Shown here piece after piece: positions 51,472 through 59,751 of a stretch of 64,000 bases of DNA (positions within the stretch are counted from its first letter, which is position 1; every line of letters starts with the position of its first letter). Origin of the DNA: Waterburya sp. GTDB lineage: Bacteria; Cyanobacteriota; Cyanobacteriia; Cyanobacteriales; Xenococcaceae. The stretch lies in contig CBDCJV010000002.1 in the NCBI GenBank assembly GCA_965217895.1, forward strand, positions 3,424,001 through 3,488,000, read 5' to 3'. The position numbers and the translations under genes were made by a program. Below the pieces are notes generated by a model. That model did not search any database and was not told where the DNA came from. It was given only the letters and a program-made list of their open reading frames with translations.

Positions 51472-51708
51472 CTATACCAATTTCATTTCTTCTAGATTGC
51501 CTTCAATAGTTTCTAGATAGCCGTCGATGTTCACTTGAGCGGTTTCAAGTAAATCGATGTACTCCTGAAAGCTAATTTTCTGAGCCAAAAAATCGTCCTT
51601 GGCTACTTCGACTATGGCATAGGTGTCCATTAATCTGTCTAGATCACTGTCGTTCATATCCCTAGTACTACCACCAGGGATAATTAGCTCTATTGCCCTA
51701 TCAAGCAT
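51472..51708 (-). CDS. Small acidic hypothetical protein
   Basis: 78 aa, tightly spaced in the operon. Confidence 0.6.
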   Translation of the reverse strand: MLDRAIELIIPGGSTRDMNDSDLDRLMDTYAIVEVAKDDFLAQKISFQEYIDLLETAQVNIDGYLETIEGNLEEMKLV

Positions 51709-51710
51709 TT

Positions 51711-52274
51711 TTAATACTTCTCAGAATGAAAACTAGCTGAAGCAGTCGTAAGTGCTTCGACAGCAATAAGTATATCCCCTCTAACTTTGTTTTCTGCTTT
51801 TTCTGTTGCCGATGCACCATACGGGAAGGTAAAAGAATTGCCGATTCTCTTGCTGTATTTAATGCCCGTAATTTGACTAGTTGGTGATGCCGAACCTGTT
51901 CCGTAATCAAATACAGTTACCTGCGCAGGTTTAAAGCCCTGTATCTTGGTTTGACTTTCTGGGTCGTAAGTAACATGATTACAAGCACTTTGTACAGAGT
52001 CCAGAGTCGCTTTCTCATCTGCTCGTTTTGAAAGTGCTACGATTGCACCATTCGCAGGGTTTCCACCGAAGAAAAAAGGTAAAATGCCTGTTTTTAAAAT
52101 TTCACCAGGATTGCTATTATCGTCTCTGGAATAAACTAACTTAGTTTTCCCAGAAGCAAAGTCTTGAAAGTTTCTGGCAATTGTATTAGCAGGGGCATCG
52201 GGAGTGGGGGCGTTTGAGTTGGGAGTACGCAAAGTGGTCAAGGCATATTTTAATCTACTAAATCTTCTAGCCAT
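51711..52274 (-). CDS. Hypothetical protein with basic N-terminus (candidate capsid/structural protein)
   Basis: 187 aa; MARRFSRLKYAL...GFKPAQV...SQITGIKY...SFTFPYG. Confidence 0.62.
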   Translation of the reverse strand: MARRFSRLKYALTTLRTPNSNAPTPDAPANTIARNFQDFASGKTKLVYSRDDNSNPGEILKTGILPFFFGGNPANGAIVALSKRADEKATLDSVQSACNHVTYDPESQTKIQGFKPAQVTVFDYGTGSASPTSQITGIKYSKRIGNSFTFPYGASATEKAENKVRGDILIAVEALTTASASFHSEKY

Positions 52275-52391
52275 ATCTAATTATTGCTATTTTTATATAT
52301 TTACACTTTGTTTCTAACCTATCTGTCTTTGAATGAAAATGATTTGACTGGCAACTGATTAGAGAATCGACCTTTAAGGGCGCACACTTTT

Positions 52392-53210
52392 TTAAGCAAC
52401 CTCGATCGTTCTTGCTTTTGTCCCCGTTCTGTCTACTAAAATAAGCGGTTGAGTCAATCCTGGAATAAATAATTCTGCATAAGCAAATTTAACTGTGGCT
52501 ACGGGTCTTCGTTTTGGCTTCCTGACTACATCGCCCATGACTCGTACTGTTCCAGGTACATTGTAATTTTTTTTGTCTTCGTGGTATCTGAGAAAATTAT
52601 CCCAGTCTGGTTCGCTGTCATCTTGTATCCTAATTGCCTGCTCGATTATTTTCTTGGCGTCCGTTTCGTCATCTGTAGTGACGCTAAAAAAGTAACCTTT
52701 CTGTTTGTCTGCATAACTCCACAACTGTCTGCCTTTTCTGTAGAAAAAAACAGGTCTAGCAAAATCATTTAGTATTTTTAAAGCCAGTCGATTAATATTT
52801 GTTGTCGTATAATCTTCTTCTCTCCACCTAAAACTTACCTCGCTCCTAGCTGGTCTTCTTTCATTATCGGAAGCCTCATATTTGTCCTCTCTAAAGTGAA
52901 GCTTTACCTGTGGATAGTAGGTATTAGAAATCTCAAAGTCAGTGCTAGGAATACCGTAAACGTATTCATCTAATAAGTTTCCCGCTTCTACCCACCAGGT
53001 TAACATCCTGGCTAACGTAAGAGTCATTGTATCGGTGTCCTTATGTAGACAAATACGTTTAATTAGCTGTCTTGGCGCAGCCGTGCTAAGGCTAGCGTCA
53101 TCACTACCGTCAACGTCTCTAAAGTGCTTGTTTATAGCCTTGTTAAAGTAAGTTCTACAGTAACTTTGAAACATTTCAACATCTGGTTTACTCACAAGTT
53201 CGTTCCTCAC
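52392..53210 (-). CDS. Hypothetical protein (candidate structural protein)
   Basis: 272-aa ORF heading the leftward operon. Confidence 0.65.
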   Translation of the reverse strand: MRNELVSKPDVEMFQSYCRTYFNKAINKHFRDVDGSDDASLSTAAPRQLIKRICLHKDTDTMTLTLARMLTWWVEAGNLLDEYVYGIPSTDFEISNTYYPQVKLHFREDKYEASDNERRPARSEVSFRWREEDYTTTNINRLALKILNDFARPVFFYRKGRQLWSYADKQKGYFFSVTTDDETDAKKIIEQAIRIQDDSEPDWDNFLRYHEDKKNYNVPGTVRVMGDVVRKPKRRPVATVKFAYAELFIPGLTQPLILVDRTGTKARTIEVA

Positions 53211-53447
53211 CTGTTCTAATTGGTATATTCATACTAACTTTTAATTTCAGGTGTTAATATTTTGTTTAGTTTCTGTTGTTCCAATAGATGCGCACTCTAA
53301 AAACGTGATAAGAAACAGGCACGCTCTAAAAACGCGTAGGGATAACTACTGATTCTTGTTTTTAAACTTTTTATCTGTCTTTTGTTTTTTTATCTGTCTA
53401 TCTAATTGTTTCTTAAGATACTGTAGTTCGATAACAAAAGCTTTCTA

Positions 53448-53897
53448 GTGCTACCAAGAGGATGGTTACAAACCAGACTCTTTCATCATTTAAATACCAG
53501 TCAAAATAGCAACAATTTAAAAGCACCCTTGGGAGAATTAGCTAGTAACACCCGATTAGATATCCCAAACACTACACCTACTACAACCAACAAATCATCT
53601 GTACCTACTGCTAGTAATGAGTTACAAAATAATAACTTTATAGACAAATCTCTTTGCGTATTTCATAACCATTTAGACTGGTTAAGTTTTACTTTTGAGA
53701 AGCTAAGTAAAGAGGAATTTAACCAATTAATTCAACTTACTGGTAGAGGATTAACCACGTTAGAAAAAAACAAATCCTGGTCTAGTGGTGAAAGAGCTAG
53801 AAGCTATCAAAACACTATTCACTCTGCTATCAGCTTAAAAGGTGCTTATAACTGCTATCAGGTAGAAAACAAAATAAGAAAAGTCGGTTTCCGATAA
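53448..53897 (+). pseudogene. Truncated Rep_trans-like rolling-circle initiator (N-terminal fragment)
   Basis: SNT motif followed by HLDWLSFTF, typical of the N-terminus of Rep_trans-type initiators. It ends after 149 aa without the catalytic core. Confidence 0.55.
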
Positions 53898-53954
53898 ATA
53901 GGCAAAAAAAAAGAAGCCCTGTTAAACAAGACCAACTTTCTTTACACAAAGACA

Positions 53955-54263
53955 ATGATAAATCCAAACAATCAAAATAGCAACCAGTAGTTTTCACCTG
54001 CCCAAAATAGCCCTAGTAATACCCCGCTAGATATCCGTTATACTCCACCCTTTTCTACTCATAGCTTTAAGTCACTTTTACTTTCTTCCTTAGACTCCCA
54101 GAATAAAAATAATATATTAAAAAATACTATTGATTATTTAAGAATTAGTAGTAGTAAATTAAGTAAAAGGTCTTTTGGAAACTTACTAGCTAACCTAGTC
54201 TTACCTGTACCTTGCTTTGAAAACAAAATACCTTTTGTCTATGATACATTAGTACTTGTTTGA
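53955..54263 (+). pseudogene. Second Rep-like N-terminal remnant with an in-frame stop
   Basis: MINPNNQNSNQ*FSPAQNSPSNTPLDI...TIDYLRISSSKLSKRSFGNLL aligns with SQNSN...ASNTRLDI...HLDWLSFTFEKLSKEEFNQLI of 53448. Confidence 0.55.
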
Positions 54264-54300
54264 ATACTAACCTTAGTTACACCCAAAAGATATCTAAATA

Positions 54301-54609
54301 ATGACTCAAATTAACATTGCTACCGATATTCCAAGTCAAATCAATACTTTAGAACGCCTAGCTATGTGGTCGTGTATGGCATTGAGAAGAGTAAATCCAA
54401 CTTTAGCAGTCATTGAAATCGCCGACCAGACAGCCGAGAAGGTAGCGCAAACCGCTTTGGTACAGGCTGATGATGGAAAAATTAGGTTTATTGGCAGATT
54501 GAGCCTGGAAGTAGCAGCCGATTATGCAGAAGACAATACGGCAAAGCTTTGGACGAAAGCACTGGAGTTTAGCAATACTCAGCTACCCGCAGCCTACAAA
54601 GCAAACTAA
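54301..54609 (+). CDS. Hypothetical protein
   Basis: 102 aa; TAATG coupling to the 718-aa gene. Confidence 0.72.
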   Translation: MTQINIATDIPSQINTLERLAMWSCMALRRVNPTLAVIEIADQTAEKVAQTALVQADDGKIRFIGRLSLEVAADYAEDNTAKLWTKALEFSNTQLPAAYKAN

Positions 54610-56765
54610 TGGGCATTTATTCAAAATTTGTCAAAACACCTGGGGGGCAAACTAGATTTGTCGTCACGACTGAACCCCCTAGTATTTACGAAAGCTTTAG
54701 AAGTCCTATCCCCAAACCACCAAAACCACCTGTGTTGCTCAAGGGGGTAGGTAAGCTTCTAGGAATCCCTGCTTTAGTTCTTCTTGATTTTTTCTTTAAT
54801 AACAAGCCCTTGAGCGACGGAACGATCCCTCAATGGATTACGCAGATTGACGAGCAGCAAAAAATAGGCACAAAAAGCTATCCCCAGTCGCGTGACACCT
54901 ATTATCGCTTTGTTTATCGAGAAGCTAATCTTAATAACGGCGTGGTGACATGGGGTAATGACTACGTAAGGGTCAACTCAGATCGGTTTAACGGCATCCA
55001 GTCTTGGCGATTAAAGGCATTCTACAAAGGGATTGCCTCTTATCCAGCCGATAATAAATTTTTTACCTACGTTTACTATCCCAGCACAGGTAAATACGAT
55101 TCAAGACCAGCAGGTGAACGTAATGCTGATTATTATGTTGAGGTCGTTGATTTTTTAGGTGTAATAACAACTATCTACCTGGGTGGTACTAGCGGTCTAT
55201 GGGGACAAAGGTTTATTACAGTTGACAATATCCCTCAGCCCGAAATACAAGAAGATATTAAAACCAAAGCTAATAATCAGTTTGCAGCAGGATTAGCCTT
55301 AATCGATCTGCTTGGAGCTAAAGAATGGCAATTTGCAGGATTTAGTAAGCTGCCTAGCTTTGGTAATAACCAGTATCCTCAGATTGATTTTATTCCTCTA
55401 CCGACAATAAGTAATAAGCCAGGCATATTACCTACTCCTACACCTGTTCCTATACCCGACCCCGAGCCAAAGCCAGAAATAAAGCCAGAAATTAATGGTG
55501 GCACTAAAGAGATAATCGAACAAAAACAAGGACAAAAGAATGAATACCCCGATCTCGTTCCTGGCAAAAAATACATCAAGAGAATTACGACCAAGGATTC
55601 AGATGGAAAAATTATTAAGATTACTGTAAATCCTTCTGAAATATTAAACCCAACGCCTACACCAGTTCCCGACCCCAAACCAGTAAAAATTACCAAGACT
55701 CCCGACCCCGAGCCTAAAAACAATATTATTATTTTTACTCCTAATCCTGTTCCACCCCCTTCGATTAAGCAAGAAAAAATTACAGATAACGACCCTAAAC
55801 CATTCCCTCCGCCAATTATCCCCCCTGTCAAGCCACCCAATCAAACCGCGACAGATGACTGTGCTGGTTCGTGTGCAAATAGAGCTTTAGCACCAGGTTC
55901 ACCAGGGTTGCTAAATATTACAGGCTTATTAAATGGTTTGCTACTACAAGATCCTCTACTTAGAAGAATAGATACAACTACTACGACAACAAGAGACATA
56001 GTTTCTCATGCCGATTATGGTCTGTCTAAAATACAAAAATTCGCTAGTACCGCTTGGAAGGCTACCCACGGAGACAAGATCCTCAATGCGCTTACAACAG
56101 CGGTAGTTATTCATAACGGGGTAATGCTGTCTAGAGGATTGGGGAACAGTCTTGCTGACGTTGCTACCGTCACGCTTCAAGCCATGGGGCTTAAAGACTC
56201 GGAAGGTAAACCGTTTGACGTCCAACAGATAGTCAGTGAAAAACTAACTCAGATGATGCAAAGAATATTAGGTGCTGGAAACTACGAAGCACTCACTGCT
56301 AAACTGGCATCTTATAGTCGTGTCTACCAATCAGCTGCTAACTTAGCTGATTTAACCTTCAGTCTGTTTGATTCAGCTAGAAACATCGCAGAGGCTTCGG
56401 CTACTAATACAGGTAAGATAGGTAACGCTCTCAGGGAAGCTGGAGCGGTTTACGAAGATGCCTATGAAGAGATGTCCGAAAAATACAGTCCTCAGAACAG
56501 AGCAATGCGTAAGCTGTCGGGTCTGACTGAGAATGTAGAGGAGTTCACAGAAAAGGCAGACAGAATAGGCGAGGTAAGTAGTGAGGTAGTTGAAATCAGA
56601 GAGAGCTTTGCAGAGCTACAGTCAGAAAGAGAGGTGCTAAAGAATGAGGTTAACACCGCCTTAGATCTCAAGAAAGAAGAGAAAGACTTGGCTAAGGAAG
56701 ATGTTCAGACTAAAACAGATGTTAACGACATTGACTTTGACCCCGCTCTAGCTGAAGACAACTAA
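54609..56765 (+). CDS. Large hypothetical protein with Pro-rich linker and helical C-terminus (candidate spike/receptor-binding or penetration protein)
   Basis: 718 aa: hydrophobic stretch, aromatic beta-rich domain, PTPTPVP/PDPEPK repeats, CxxxC, coiled-coil C-terminus. Confidence 0.75.
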   Translation: MGIYSKFVKTPGGQTRFVVTTEPPSIYESFRSPIPKPPKPPVLLKGVGKLLGIPALVLLDFFFNNKPLSDGTIPQWITQIDEQQKIGTKSYPQSRDTYYRFVYREANLNNGVVTWGNDYVRVNSDRFNGIQSWRLKAFYKGIASYPADNKFFTYVYYPSTGKYDSRPAGERNADYYVEVVDFLGVITTIYLGGTSGLWGQRFITVDNIPQPEIQEDIKTKANNQFAAGLALIDLLGAKEWQFAGFSKLPSFGNNQYPQIDFIPLPTISNKPGILPTPTPVPIPDPEPKPEIKPEINGGTKEIIEQKQGQKNEYPDLVPGKKYIKRITTKDSDGKIIKITVNPSEILNPTPTPVPDPKPVKITKTPDPEPKNNIIIFTPNPVPPPSIKQEKITDNDPKPFPPPIIPPVKPPNQTATDDCAGSCANRALAPGSPGLLNITGLLNGLLLQDPLLRRIDTTTTTTRDIVSHADYGLSKIQKFASTAWKATHGDKILNALTTAVVIHNGVMLSRGLGNSLADVATVTLQAMGLKDSEGKPFDVQQIVSEKLTQMMQRILGAGNYEALTAKLASYSRVYQSAANLADLTFSLFDSARNIAEASATNTGKIGNALREAGAVYEDAYEEMSEKYSPQNRAMRKLSGLTENVEEFTEKADRIGEVSSEVVEIRESFAELQSEREVLKNEVNTALDLKKEEKDLAKEDVQTKTDVNDIDFDPALAEDN

Positions 56766-56848
56766 AATAACCTAAAAACACCAACGAGTTTATAGGCATT
56801 TCCAGAAAGCGTTGTACACTTCGTTGTACGTTTTTTAGATATGCCTAC

Positions 56849-57334
56849 CTACCTCTTCACCCAAACACCATCTTTTACCGCATAAGCTTCTAACTTCCGT
56901 TTGATTATTTTCCCCCTGGGTTTTTGAATACCGTGTCGCCACAGCTTGACCTTCCATTCACTTTGTCCCGTTATGGCTGCGATACGTTCATCATTCAAAT
57001 ACTTCGCATTTTCGTCTTGCTGTAAAGCCTTAATCTTGTCTAGTTCAGACTCTAAATACGCTACTTGCTCTTCTAACTCCTTTGTCCTCTCCAGTACCTG
57101 TACTGCTAGCTTATTAGCAGCCATAATGCCGTCTTCTGCTACAAGCCTCCACGCATCGAAGTCTCGATCCTCCATCAGACTCTTTGGTGTCTCGTCAATA
57201 ATCCCAGCACCTTTCTTAACCAGAGCCTCTAAAGCTTCAGATCTAGTCATCCTATGTTTGTCCGCATACTCGCTTATCAGTTCCTCTTCTGTAATATCGA
57301 AGTATCCCGCGATCGCCGTCTTATTCTCTTCCAT
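56849..57334 (-). CDS. Putative regulator (RHH-like N-terminus, coiled coil, HTH-like C-terminus)
   Basis: MTRSEALEALVKKG; DERIAAITGQSEWKVKLWRHG. Confidence 0.6.
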   Translation of the reverse strand: MEENKTAIAGYFDITEEELISEYADKHRMTRSEALEALVKKGAGIIDETPKSLMEDRDFDAWRLVAEDGIMAANKLAVQVLERTKELEEQVAYLESELDKIKALQQDENAKYLNDERIAAITGQSEWKVKLWRHGIQKPRGKIIKRKLEAYAVKDGVWVKR

Positions 57335-57759
57335 AGCTTTGTCTCTCAGCTTCTACTGTTAAGCAATTATGTACTAAGTTTACTGTTTCACCTTCTGCTT
57401 CTATTGCTCTTAAAAACAGTCACGAAACACCCTAATCAGCGATGGTTACAAAATGGCTCGAAGCCGAAGAAAGTCAAGTGCTTGACCGCAGGTTTTTGAG
57501 GTACGAGAAACACTTTACGTTCGCAGGTGAAGAGGTATAATGCCATCGCTTGCTGATTGGGTTTGACTCAATACGCTTAATCTGAGATGCTATTCTTGCA
57601 AAGAGAATAATCTTGTACTTTATTAAATTAAAGCTAACCTTGATTTGTAAGCACCTCTTTGCACCCAAAGGTGCAGACAAACAATAAAAAAGACTCCTGT
57701 TAGAGAGCCTCTTTTTGATAAGCATATTGGTTTAATATATACCTAGTCCAGTAATGCAC

Positions 57760-59169
57760 CTATAGTAGCGCAAGAATCCCTTCCTTGTCCTTCTGGTAGA
57801 CGATTGACAGTATTTTAGCTGATATCTCTTTGTCTTCAGGAGAGGCAGCGCAGAGCCTCTTAACAGAAGCTAGTGCAGTAACGAAGTCAATAGCATTCTG
57901 GTTGGAGTTAAGTAACAAATCGATAGTTGTCTGCGTTGATTGTCTTTTCTTGTAGACGGATTCATTCATCTGTACTGTATGTCCCATCGATTGCGCTCTA
58001 ACTTCTTGAGGTATCCCCGCCTGTATCCCGTTGATATTAGCCAAGTGCCGTAAAGCGTGTGTCTGGGTAAAAGGAGCATTCCACTTAAGTAGTTTTTTAT
58101 AAGCACTTTTGTTGTAATAATTTGCCTTAGCTCTATCGCTACCATTCTGTACGCCAATTTCTGGTAGCAAAGGATTTTTAATATCTAGCAAGTCTATTAG
58201 GTTAGGATAGGCAGGCGGAATATTAGGACGCGCTATTCTGTAGCCTGTTTTAGTTGTAGTTTTAGTCGCGGTGAAACCAGATACAACTATTAGGTTGTTT
58301 GTGTTAGTAGCATCTGATAAGGACGGAATTATCACGCCGTCTTCTGTTTCAAAAGGAGTATACAAGTTAGATATTGCGAATACTTCATGAATTCTTAGTC
58401 CATAGATTATCTGTGTAGAAAAAACCCACAGCCAAGCTTTTCTTACGTCTATTCGAGCATTTGAACGAAGCTTGCTGCTAACTCCAAGCACTCTGTCTTT
58501 CCATTCCAAAAAGCTTTGTAATGTTATATTCTGAAGCTTTTTGTACTCAACTTGCATTACATCTATTTCGTCTAATTGGTCGATTAACGCTCGGTTATGG
58601 GCAAGCCTACATAAACGCTTCATAGAAGAAACGACACCTTTAAAAGTTTTTGTACCTTTCTTCTGTCTATCGATGACTTTTTGAATGTCAGCTAGGTTAA
58701 GCGTTTTATGGGTTGGAAGATATTTGTAAAATCTGCCGTAGGTATCATGCCAGCTTGACTGGTCACTAGGATTATCTTTATCCCTTTTCCTTTTTGTTCT
58801 ACTAGGTCTATCCCAAAAGTCATCCTCTACCTTTTTGATCGCTTCACCAAAAGTCAGCCTGTCATCAGCTAACTGAGACTCCTGTTTAATTTCTTTGTCG
58901 TACCACTGCCAGAATTCTGCTTCGGAAGCTAAGTTTTTTAACGCCTCCGCTACTTTGTTAGATTTTTTAAGAGCCTCTACCATCCCGTCTAAGGTAAATG
59001 TACAGCCACAGGCATAAGGCTTTCTAGCTGTATTAGGAGTCTTAAACTGCAAGTAGATGTTTTGACCTTTGCGAGTCATACCTACACCTCTAGGCGTTTG
59101 CTTCTGGTATCTACTGAAGTCAGATAATAAAGTCTCGTATCCTATCTCGTCTGTGTAATCCTTACTCAT
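57760..59169 (-). CDS. Tyrosine recombinase / integrase
   Basis: Catalytic set: GLRIHE (R), TKTG (K), HALRH (HxxR), MGH (H), VYK (Y). Confidence 0.92.
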   Translation of the reverse strand: MSKDYTDEIGYETLLSDFSRYQKQTPRGVGMTRKGQNIYLQFKTPNTARKPYACGCTFTLDGMVEALKKSNKVAEALKNLASEAEFWQWYDKEIKQESQLADDRLTFGEAIKKVEDDFWDRPSRTKRKRDKDNPSDQSSWHDTYGRFYKYLPTHKTLNLADIQKVIDRQKKGTKTFKGVVSSMKRLCRLAHNRALIDQLDEIDVMQVEYKKLQNITLQSFLEWKDRVLGVSSKLRSNARIDVRKAWLWVFSTQIIYGLRIHEVFAISNLYTPFETEDGVIIPSLSDATNTNNLIVVSGFTATKTTTKTGYRIARPNIPPAYPNLIDLLDIKNPLLPEIGVQNGSDRAKANYYNKSAYKKLLKWNAPFTQTHALRHLANINGIQAGIPQEVRAQSMGHTVQMNESVYKKRQSTQTTIDLLLNSNQNAIDFVTALASVKRLCAASPEDKEISAKILSIVYQKDKEGILALL

Positions 59170-59246
59170 TTCTTACTCACTTTGCTTGCAATGGTTAACG
59201 AGTAAGCGTTTGAGAGAACGCTATTGCGCTGGTTAGTCGGTCTACT

Positions 59247-59271
59247 GGGAGTTCAAGTCTCCCTACCCCCA
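59247..59271 (+). other. tRNA 3'-end fragment (T-arm + acceptor 3' strand), candidate att site, tRNA-Leu(UAA)-like
   Basis: GGGAG-TTCAAGT-CTCCC-TACCCCC-A, 78 nt upstream of the integrase start. Confidence 0.8.
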
Positions 59272-59476
59272 CTCGACATAAAGTCTTTTGTTGAAAAGGA
59301 TTTAAGACTGTCAGGTTAGATGACATTATTTTGTTAAGACGACAAATAATTAGTGAATGTACATTTGTATCCCCTTAATTTGCTTTTTAAACGAGTTATC
59401 GTAGAATAACAAAAATGAATGGCTTGCTAGTTGCCGCTAACAAGCCAAAGACAATTAAGACCAACCTAAGTTTGTT

Positions 59477-59611
59477 TTACTTTTTCTTCTTAGGGGTGGC
59501 TTTTGATGGTGTAGAACCAGCAGTTTTTGTTGCATTACTGGAGTTTTTGTTGCCTGACGCTTTTGAAGTTGGTTGAGCAGCTTTTGCTCCAGTCTTTTTC
59601 TGTTTAGTCAT
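59477..59611 (-). CDS. 44-aa Lys/Ala/Thr/Ser-rich small basic protein
   Basis: AAGGAG RBS; MTKQKKTGAKAAQPTSKASGNKNSSNATKTAGSTPSKATPKKKK*. Confidence 0.6.
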   Translation of the reverse strand: MTKQKKTGAKAAQPTSKASGNKNSSNATKTAGSTPSKATPKKKK

Positions 59612-59751
59612 ATTAGGAAATCTCCTTAAATAATAGGTTAAGGGCGAGTAATCAACCCTCAGCTACCCATTATATCCAACGTCCTAAAAATCTAGTGTAT
59701 TTGCACCCATACCTACCTTTTATCCTTAAAAGCTATAGGCTATAAGCTTTA

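Larger units (their letters stand above)
44151..59271. mobile_element. Integrated ~15 kb virus-like element (tyrosine integrase, lysozyme, unknown structural genes)
   Basis: Bounded by tRNA-Asp and a tRNA 3' fragment, with the integrase at the right end. Short overlapping unknown ORFs; only one HIP1 site seen (57309). Confidence 0.88.

Noticed and set aside
55379..55844. Gly-rich minus-strand ORFs
   Set aside because: Antisense shadow of the Pro-rich segment of the 718-aa gene.
45226..56837. 30-nt repeated motif as a CRISPR repeat
   Set aside because: The copies are kilobases apart, not separated by 30-40 nt spacers.
57254..57725. Short ORFs between the regulator and the integrase
   Set aside because: No RBS or motif support, and they overlap each other on opposite strands.
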